Shown piece by piece: positions 34,538 through 45,600 of a DNA stretch of 64,000 nucleotides. The notes under the pieces were generated by a model. The model was given only the letters and a program-made list of their open reading frames with translations. It searched no databases and was not told the origin of the DNA. The position numbers and the translations under genes were made by a program. The number at the start of each line of letters is the position of its first letter. Position 1 is the stretch's first letter. Origin of the DNA: Oopsacas minuta (taxonomy: Eukaryota > Animalia > Porifera); NCBI GenBank assembly GCA_024704765.1, contig JAKMXF010000066.1:989883-1053882 (forward strand), given 5' to 3'.

Positions 34538-36639
34538 ATGGCTAATCTTCACATAATTCCGATAATAGACCTCTGCAAATTTTTATACAAAGATACCATG
34601 TTTCAATAATAATACCCTCAAGAATTGCGTGTCGTTACATGGCACTACACAAATACATTAATATCACAGTTGAAATTTTATTATTATGTTAATAACCATT
34701 TGTCCAAGTAAATATTTCTCTTTTTATGCAAACCTTATGCTGGAATATAATTATACAATGAATACATTGATATTTCGAGTATTTGAGTTTTCAAGCGTAT
34801 TGGAAAATAATTACTTTTGAGGCTGTTTAAAGTGTCACAAAAGTGTCAGATCAAAATCGTGACCACCAGTCGGTGATTTTCTTTGTACCCTGAAAGTTTC
34901 CCCACTTAATCTAATTTACGCAGTTTGGTTGGTAATTTGTGTTTGGAAGTAATTTGTGGCAATGAATTTGTGATGTATTTCCTCCAAGTGTATCCTCAAA
35001 GTTCAAGTCATATACCGCAAACAAATACAAGTCAATACGTGTAAGCAGTGAAATACATAGTGATAAGGCTAGTATGCAAAAATATGACATGTCATTTGTA
35101 TTGTATACAACTATAATGCAAATGGAGACAATAGGACCAGTGCAATTTTCTTTAACCCTGCTAATATGCAAAATCTATGTGTCTCTTCATTCAATGTCAT
35201 GATGACATCACTTCTCAGGACTTGAAGAATGTCATATGCCGAGGGGAAAGAAGCATGATTACTGGCAGAATAAACTATAATAATTCTAGAAATGACCTAG
35301 TTTGCCACCAAAACAAGAAACCTGACGAATTAAGCATTCACTGAAGCTGGAAGAGATAATGGAGATTTCAATTACTAATCTCAAACATTAACTGCAAACC
35401 TGACTAGGCTATACATGTACCTTATATTTACATATCTTTTGAATTGTTAAGGATTTGAATAGCAAAATGAAACCTACGATAGAGAAGCCCATGACAAATC
35501 TAAAAACACAAATTTGTTTATCATTCAGTCTCAACTATAAATATTCATAAATTATTCGTATTAAAATGAATAATAAACGATTCCTATCAAAACACTGTAG
35601 ATAAACTCTGATAGGACATACAAGGATATAAATGGCTACAGTCTAATTACAAATTAGAAAGCTAGACCAGGAAACAAGTCTCTAAATGAATTAAAAATAG
35701 TTTTAGTGTATGAAACCATTTCCAGTTCTAAAGTTTATCACCCAAATCTAATTTAATTATTCAAATATTCCTAAGCCATTTAAAGCGCAGACAATGACTT
35801 ATTCAGTGAATTATTTTACAATGTATCATTCATGTTATAGGTTAATATTATGGTAAATATACAAGCAGAGTTTACCCACAAATATACACGAATCTATGAA
35901 CACCAGTTAAACATATTTTCATTCAAATTCGGACAAAATTTGCCAACAGACAAAACGAATTATTGAATATATTGAGTATGATTTTCACTGGAAATTCATG
36001 GGCTATTAATGTTTATCCTAAAAGTTTGATAAATAGAGGACGAAATTTTTTCTGTTGCTTGTAAAAAGTAATTTAAACGCTCACCGAATAATTAAGTATT
36101 TCTGATGGCAAGAAATCTGTAAAGATAGTAACTTACAAATCTTAAAATTAATGAATTCAGACGCTAAATGCAATTATTCAGTCGGGAATTCGAGAAAACA
36201 TGTCAATAACGGCTACAAATGCTTAGGATTCAAGGATACCATCCAATCAGTATGTTTACCAATTATGGAAAGATTATGCAGATAATTCCAAACTAACATC
36301 AGTGAATTTCTACAAAAATCACGTAGCAAATTGTAGTAGTAACTCTGTATGGAGTTCACATGTCTTTAATATTATAAAGTACTGTCAGGGGTCGCTCAAA
36401 TTGAACCTATCCCCCTATTAGTACAAAATTAGAGCGTATTATACCCCAGGCGGTACGAGTAAATACTCAGTTGTAATTATAATTTAATTAGTAAGTGTCT
36501 GTCTTAGAAAATACCTAATAATTTCTAGAAACTGTACACAGTTAACGTACAATGATAGCTAAACTGCTCTAACAATAAATAATGCATAAATACATGAGTG
36601 ATCGGGTAACATAATTTCGTAGTGTGTTAGTGTGTTTGT

Positions 36640-36665
36640 GTTGTGTTGTTGTTGTTGTTGTTGTT
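36640..36665. repeat. (GTT)n microsatellite next to the Rab23 stop codon
   Basis: ttgtgttgttgttgttgttgttgtt run. Confidence 0.8.
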
Positions 36666-36673
36666 CTGTTTGT

Positions 36674-39600
36674 TTATGAGAAACAAGATTTCTTTTTCTT
36701 AGCACGTTGTTTGCCTGGCCTCAAACGAAAAGGTCTTTCATTTTTAGTTTTGTCATGCGAACTTGGTTTCAGGATATCAGGAATTATGCCTACAATGCTT
36801 CAATTTTCAATACAATAGTATGTATTTTGATATAGAATGAACCATGGATTAACTTACTTATTTGGTTGACTGGCATTGGTGCTTCTTGCTGTTTACTTCT
36901 GTGAGATTCATCCAAATAGTTTGTAACAAGATATTCAAAAACTAAAGCAAAAACTTCCACTAAAAGTTGAAGAAATTCGCGAAAATGTGTGTTACCTTCA
37001 GAAATATTAAAATTATCTTTTACGCTTGACCGGAAAACCTTCACTTTTAACTTATTGGCAATTTCTTCAACTTCTTCCCTGTAAATTATGGGGAAATATG
37101 AGTAAAATTCATGTAGGATACGAATGTATAAAATAAACAATAACAGACTGCACTGAAAAGTAAATTGATTACAAAATAAGTAATAAGGAAATGTAATAGA
37201 AAGTAGTATTATCTAAAAGTAGCTAAGGGCTGTGTTCATAATTTTCTCTTAGCGCACTTTTTACAATATATAGCACCACGTGTTTGATAGAACTCTTTGC
37301 CAGCGATGCCTTTATTACAGCCTGTGCATGAGAAGCATTCTGGGTGAAAGTTGTAACCTTTGAACTCAAAACATTTCCCAAGAATCTCTTTACTGCATTG
37401 ATGGCAAAGTGGTGAAGATTTTTTGTTACAACTAAAGCATAAGTTTACACCTTTTCTAGTTGAGAATTTTATGTTTGCAAGTTGTATCTGACAATTCGCA
37501 CAGTTGAAGCAATCTTTATGGAAGTACTTTCCATCATGTTTCACGCCCCCTTTAGCAATCTTTTCAGAGCACTGATGACACGAATGCGCAACTCTCTCGT
37601 TATAACAACCTTCACATAGCAGACCAGCATCATGTCTTAGAAATGCCTTCCCAATCAACTCTTGATGGCAAAATACACAAGAAAAGCAAGATTTATGCCA
37701 TACTATACCTTCAGATGACATATGAGGGTCATGCACATCAACTGGTTGTTGGCAAAGGTCACAATTCGAGGACCCACTAGGTTCTGGTTTTATTTCGCTT
37801 TGAGAATTCTCAAAGCATTCCAAGCAAAAAATGCTTACGCCTTTAACAATGAACTTTTCAGCTTTCAGATACCTCTCACAGACAGAACAAATGAAGCATT
37901 TTTGATGCCATGATTTTTCGCGATATTTAACAACTCTACCTTGTAGTTCGATGCCCTTTTTGCATGAAAAGCACACTGCATTGACTTGATCTTTGAAGCA
38001 TTTATTACACATTATCACATTTCGCGATTTTACGTAGTCATCACCTCCTAATTGTATGTCACAATTTCCACAACAAAAATGCTCAGCATGCCAATTCTTA
38101 CCCTCAGCTTCAATCACTTTATCCGAGAATATAATCTCATCACATCCCGCACAGCGCTTCCCGAATAGCTCCGCATGGTGTCTTCCACAGAAAATCTCCT
38201 TACCTTTCTTATAATAATGGAGATCTTGTAAGAAACCTGTACATTTAGAGCATCGAAAGCAATTGACATGAAATCTGTAATTGGAACCTACTAACGGAAC
38301 GAAAACGCATATATCTTCTGGGATAAACTGTTGCTTACAGGAAACACAGTCGCCTTTCGGGTCAAACTGCACAATACCCTGACCTCTATATTTGTTCTCT
38401 CTCTGTTCGACAAATTTCTGCATGAGAAAGAACTCTTTTTCCGAGAGAGGATGACAAATTAGATGATCAGTGTCCTGAGGTGGAAGTTGTCTTAAGAGTA
38501 CATTTTTGCAATTTTGTGCAGCCTGTGTGCCTTTGATAGGGCGTAACTCAGGGGGTAATGAAGCCATGAAGCTTTCAACATTTTTGAAATTCATGCTCAT
38601 CGGGTACCATAAGTACTTTTCCTTCAAAAGTGAGAAATCAGGATTATCGTCTTCAGAAGTCTGTGAAGTTGGCGAGATATCGTCGTCATAGTTATCGACA
38701 GGGCTTAACGGACTTTCTGGTGATAATATCTTTGTACTATCCTTATCTTCTTCAAGAGAAAGTTGCGAAATAATTAAGTCAACTTTGGGTTCATTCGAAA
38801 AGTCTTCAAGCACGATTTTGATTTCAGTAGATTCCATTGCAGGACTCAGAGAAGGGATTATCTCTGGAGTATCAACAAATGATATTCCTTTCTTTGTTTG
38901 AGTGGAACTAGTTTTCGGCTTTGTTTTTCGTTTGGGCTTTCTTCTCACAATTTCAACATCATGTGCTTCCCATGGGCAAGAACAGAACTGGCAGATCTTC
39001 CTCCAAACATGCAATTGTAAGCCAGGGCACGAATCACCACAATTTCTACATCCTCTACCCTTATCAATATCATTCAATATTACATTTTGGAATCTTGATT
39101 TAGTGTGATGCTTCTCATTGATTGAAGAAGCGAACTTTGTTTCTCTCGGCATTAGAGACATTTAGGATTATTTTTGCTGCTAAAACTCGGCTAAAACTCA
39201 AAATATAGCGTACGGCAAGAAATGGTATATATAATTAAGCTCTATAAAGCCTAACTGTGCAGGACAGAATTATGAATTTCACCTATTTGTATCAGCCACT
39301 TAAAAAGTAGCAAAAGTTCATTGTGGGTAAAGGTTAGCTCTACGATATGAATTTGGTTTCACTCAGGAAAACTAATAAGGCAAATCTACAATAATAAAAT
39401 AATCAAAATTCACTGCCAAGTTCACGTTCAATTGTGAATTGCTCGAAAGGGTATGTATTCTGGTAATACTGTCGCAGATCGGTTAAAGCTTGTTCTTCAA
39501 TAACGATAGATTCAAATGCATTTATGACCTGCAAAGGTTGTTGAGGGGGAACGAGAGGAACCTTTTCTTCCTTGGGCAGGCAAATTGGATCAGAGTATAG

Positions 39601-42600
39601 AAGTATGGGTTCAATTGCTGGCGAAGATAACTGGTGATTATAAATATCTTCAAAGGATATTTCAGCAGGGATTTCCACAGTAGACCAAGTTCTTTCTCTC
39701 TTTTTAACTTCGACTTCACTTTCAGAAGTTGCTCGTTTGGATTTCGATCGTTTCTTCCTGGCATTTATATTATGACTGATACCCCAACTCATATACTGTT
39801 GCATGTGACTATTAGTACTAGATTTAGACCGCATTCTTGGCAAATACTTTTGATTAAGTAAATATCTCGATTTTTCCTCAGATAAAATTTCGTTGAAATT
39901 TGGAGTGCTATCTCGTTCTTCTTTCGATGCTAGCCAATTTGGTTTCCAAGGCTCAGTAGCTAAAATTGTATCATCAGAGATAAGGATAGGATCGTCACGA
40001 CCATGAGAACATTCAGAAACACTTCTATTCATCGAATTACGTTTCTTTGTCTTCTTTGGAACAGTCTTACTCCTTTCCCTTTGTGGTAAAACATTATTTT
40101 TCGATGCAACAAAAAATTGCTCGTCGACTAAATCGTTATAATGGTCATAATAATAAACAGTTTTCTCTTTAATGCCTAACCTTCGCATACGTGTACATGC
40201 ACAGTCTGATACCAAAGCTAATACGTCAAGATCTAACATATCCAATTCATGTTTCGACATAAGCCAGCTAAAGTTAATACAAACAAACTCAACACAACTA
40301 ACCGTCAATTGCTGAGCACAGTACATACGACTTAGCTCCAAAACAGGAATGACGTTATCGATTGTTAGTGAATTACCTATTTTGTATTCTACCCAATCCT
40401 TCAGTCTTGGTAATAGAAAATGATCTGATGCGATTAGTAATTGGTAGAGGGAGTGCTCATGAATAGAACGTGGATAGAGATCAGTGTAAATGTATTCAAT
40501 GATAATCTCCATTATAACGAGGGTGAATTGGAAATTTAGTATAGGAATTTGCAGAGAGGATTCTCTCCAACCTAGAGTAAGCATGCTAGAAAAATACTCA
40601 CTTCTAGCTATAAGGATACATTTATGACATTTAAAAGATTCACCATCCAAACAACTGATAACTGTATCATGAAGAATATGAAATGATTTGTATTCAAAAT
40701 TTCTATGTTGAAAAGGCTGACGCTTGAGTATAGGTGAATTGGGGATGTTGCGAAATAGCACACTTATCAAGAAAGGCAATTCTTCAGGAATAGCATTCCC
40801 TTGTAGATAGGCAGCCGCGAATATTGCGTGAAGAATTGTATAATTGAGAGAGCATTTATATGTCTTACCAGATTTTGGCATATAATTTAAAATATCGCAT
40901 TTTGTCTCACAAATTTCTGAAATAAAAACACAGAAAATATAAGAATCAATATGAATAAGTCGCCCATCCTCTGATTCAATAGTTATACAACATTCAGGAG
41001 GGTTAAATTGAATGTTTTCAAAATGAACTTTAAAATCTGACAGATACACGCTTTTAGATATATGAGGTAGTAACACAAGTTCACTAACAGGGTCTTGTAG
41101 ATAGCAAAAGAAATTCTCGCAGTTTGCATCTGTATATATGTTAAGAATATTATGGAGGTATTTTAACCTTGTTAACGAGATAATTGGATTCACATTATCT
41201 TCAAACTTAGATGCTTGAACCAAATCAAGCTGCAATTTTTTGTTAGAATGTAAATCTGAGCTTGGTACTATCGGTGGTAGATTGCATTGAAATACTTCAC
41301 CGAAAATTGAAACTAAAAATAACGATTTTCCTAATGCGAAATGTGACACTTTAATGTTATAACCATTCTCAAAGCGACACAAGTGAACACAGACATTCCC
41401 AGTAGAGAATCTCCAAATAGAATTGAAATTATCTAGAAGAATTATTTCAAACGGTAAATTTTGGGAAGAAGATTTTGAAAGAGAATCAACCTCAGAAGCA
41501 ACTCCATAAGAAGAAATCTGTGTAAAATAAAAAGTTTTTGAATAAACTAATCCAATATTCGCTCTGTTTGCTGAATACACTTTACAGTTAAAATTTTCAA
41601 GCACAAAAATGGTATTATTAGATAGTATGCCAGTAGTAACAGTATCGCAAGCACTTAGGGAAATGATCTTCGCTTCTTTTCTATGATAAAACGCTGTAAC
41701 AACTTTAGGAATAAACTGAACTCTACCGAGTTTACCTAAAGGGTAACCAAGCTGTCCAACATTACGTCCAAACGTGTATAGCTTATTCTCCGTGCAAACC
41801 GCTGAATGAAAGTTCCCGCAAGCGATGAATGTGAAAAAGACATTACGTATGTCCTTATGGTTCAATTTAGCAGGGAACATCGATTGTGTAGGAATACTAT
41901 CAGAAGTATTACCAACACCTAACTGCCCGAATTCATTACTCCCACATGCATACAAATAACCTTGATCACTGAGAAACAGCGTATGGCTATTACCAGCTGA
42001 AATATCAATTATCTTCTCACGGAGTGTTTGTATAAATTTGAATGAAAGATACGTTTCATCGTTACCATGACCAAGTCTACAACCTTTGCCTATACCACAG
42101 GAAAATACACTACCATTTTCATCTAGAATTACACTATGATATTTACTCAATACTATTTTCTTTATAACAGTCTTATCCACTCCCTTAACGAGAACGGGCA
42201 ATTGTTTGCTATCTCCTGTGCCGACCCCGAGATTAAACGTGTAGTTATTGCCCCAGCTATATAGAAGGCTCTTCCCATCAATTAAGGAACATTTGTTCCT
42301 ATTATCATTCAAATAATCCCAAACGGAGCAACCATCAAAATCCTGACACTCCCAGCTTGCACCATATGACGTCAACAACGCTGCTACACCTAGCAACCCA
42401 TGGTAAACACTGGAATGCAAGGCTGTACAGTTCGATTCTTGGTCTGGCTCGTTAACGTTGAAATCTCCAGATTTCAAAAGAGACTCAATAAAAGGCAAAT
42501 CTCCGTAAACACAAGCTAACTGCAGTAAATTCTTCGCAGGTAATAATACCGGGGAAGGCTTGTAGTATTTCTTGTTATGTGACATAGCATGTTAAGTATT

Positions 42601-45600
42601 AGATTACAGAGCCATTTATTATGATGGGAGTGATTGTATTATGGATTAAATATCGATTTTCTTAAAGATGTATATATAGCTGAACATCTAAATACGAGAA
42701 AATACATGGATAAATATGAGGAAAATATTCGAGTAATTATATGAATTATAAAATTGTATTTAATAGCTGGTTATAAAAACAAGTACATACATAATCAGTG
42801 ACAGTATAAATGTAACAAATGAGTGAGGTTTTTATTTGGTTCGGTTTTTATACAATCGCCAATAGCGCTGTATTACAATTGCAGCACTCATGACTTTACG
42901 AATCTTCTCAACACGAGTGCGATTCGACTGTACAGCACTCATGTAAGCTCTTTCCTGTGATATTTTAGTTTTTACTTCAATCTTAGTTTTTTGAATTGTA
43001 ATATCCATTGGCTTAGAATTAATCTCGTTTTTAGATTGGGTATTTGATTCAATTCGGAATATTGGGGACGGTTTGGAAATTTCAGATTTTCTCTGCTTTG
43101 AAGGTGGTTGAGGTGTAAATTGAAATTCAGAGTTACTGGATGGATTAGGCGTGGCGTCATTATGTGAATCGGGCCCATTTCGTATTTTCTCAGAGTCAAT
43201 ATTTTGTATTTCTCTATCAAGTGAATATGATGTATTGGGTAGAGATTGTGATTTTGTTGGTAATTCATTTATAGTGATATTCCCTTTCAGTTGTTGTTTA
43301 AGTGCTAGGAGTTTCCTTCGGGTTGCAGCTTCTTTGAGCTCTAATTGTTGTTCAAATTGCAATATTTTAATCTGCTCAATACCTTCTTTAAGCTTATGTT
43401 GGTGACGTTCTTCATTAGCTAAATTGTGCAGAATAAGTCCAGTATTCTTTGAGGAAATCTCTGGAATATCTTTGAAACTATTTTGATCAGATTTCTGAGC
43501 GCTATTAGCATTCGTTGCCCTCAAATCGGAAATCTTGCATACCAACTCTCTAGCTTTCGTTTCTAATCGCCGTTGTGCGATTATTTCATTCTCTATTTCA
43601 CCTCTGTCATTGCCATTTTGCAAAAGATATTTTATTCGCCTTTTCTGGCTCTCAATTGTACTAGAAATAATAGCTAATTTATCTTCGTTTTTCTGTAACT
43701 CTAAGCTTATTTGATTTTGTAGCAGAAAGCTCTTCTCATTCCGTAAACTCTGCTCACTCTTTGACAAGGAATCTATTTTATTTATTATTTGAGTCCGTCT
43801 TTTCTGTTCAAAAGGAGAAATATAGTGAAGTGATTTATTGAAAGATTCTGGAGTTATTGGTGGCTTTGAAACTTCTTTATTCAGACTTTGGTTAAAGAAT
43901 AAAACATTTGGAGAAGATGGAATAGAAGGCTGTGAAGTAGGTGAAACAGGAAGAGATATTGATTTCTGACCAGGGAATTTCACTGGGGGTGTAATAATGG
44001 TATTCTCTCTAAACGGGATATTCCTATCAGAAGATGATACAGCTTTTCTACTTAGTATGGCACTCAATGATAATTCCTTGTTCTCAATATTTGCAGATTG
44101 TGTGTACATATGTTTATTGGATTGTAATGGAACTCGGTTTAGTATATCAGGATAATTTTGAATTTTGGGTGATTCTTTATCGACTATTCTCCTTTCCTTG
44201 ATTATTTCATGTTCAACTCTATTCTCTAAAGATATTTGTTTGAGTATTTTACTATTTTCGTGTTTAACTGGTAGTGGAGGCTTGTTAACATTAACAATAC
44301 TAAAACCTTTCTTCTTAGAAGATTGTAGAATAATTTCTTTGAGGAAGAATAAACTCTCAAGGATCTTTTCGCGAGTATTAAGGCCCCCTTCCAGAGGATC
44401 AACTACCTCCCCCTTCAAGAATTGCCTTATCAATTTGTACAAAACTTCTTTATCATCATCAGATAACGGCTGAGAAGCGAGTATAATAGGTTGTCTCAAA
44501 GCCTCATTTTTCTCATCCAAAAGTTTCTTCAACTCACATATTTCCCTATCAAGATCTCTAATATGTAATCTCAGTTTCTTAATCAAAGCTTTATCGTCCA
44601 ATATTTCGTTACGAGTTACTATATTCTTAATACAAGACACACGTTGTGCAAATCTACACGTAGAAATGGTCTCATCAAGTTGTGTGACGTCAGATGATAT
44701 TGTAGATATCATAAACGTATAGCAATTACCACCAAGGCTATCTCTTAAGAACATTGTCAGTAGTGAGTTCCTATAAGGAATATGGTATTTCTTCTTGCTA
44801 CGAGAAATGGTAAGTGACCAAGCCTCTTGGACAGCTCGTGGCTGATCCAATCCAGGGGCAGTAGATGATCTTACAGGTTTTTTAGGTGGCCCTTCAGATT
44901 TGGCAGCTTTTTGTAACTGTATTATAACATGTTCTAGGTAATGAAGAGATTTGTTAATAAACTTGGCTTCGTCCAAGATTTTCCCCTCTGCGCCTGTCTT
45001 CGCTACACGCTCTGAACCAGCCAAATCAACAAAATTCAGCTTAGAAACTGTCATTGTATCAGAATCAATAACCTTTGAAGTCATCAAAATAGTATAAACA
45101 GCATGTGATCGAGATGAATGTATATTCATAGTAGTTGATGCAACTTTCCTACTCAATGAGCCTTGTAACAACAAATGCTGGGCTATATGCTCGTCAGCAG
45201 CCAAATGTGACGTCAGATTATGTGTTACGAACTGTCCATCGCCTCTTTCACGAATAGAAATCTTAGGTAGACCAGTGTACAGTAAAGATTCCAGACGAGA
45301 AGCAGGGTTCAAAAGGTCAAAGCCGATTTCATTATATATCTCAAAATAGGAAATGTGTATAGAAATTTCCTGGTCTTCCCTATCTTTGATTTTATCGTAG
45401 ATATACGAAATACACCTCGGTATTAATCCTCTATCCTCAAATCTACGTGCTGAGCCTTCTATAGTGTAAGTTTTCCCAGAACCTGTTTGTCCATAAGCAA
45501 ATATAGTACAATTAAAACCTTCAAGGAATCGATCCAATGCCTCAATAGCTATTGACTGGAATATGTCTGTTTGTGAAATTGATTGATCGAAAACAGAGTC

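Noticed and set aside
35197-35345. ATGATGA...CTGA C/D snoRNA candidate
   Set aside because: No terminal stem or recognisable rRNA guide; such motifs are frequent in AT-rich DNA.
36380-36470. GC-richer patch with GGTTCAA on the minus strand, tRNA-like
   Set aside because: No cloverleaf or A-box; only a weak inverted repeat.
2794-39402. Absence of AATAAA behind several nested genes as an adaptation protecting host transcription
   Set aside because: Non-nested genes here also often lack the canonical hexamer, so it is not distinctive without poly(A) data.
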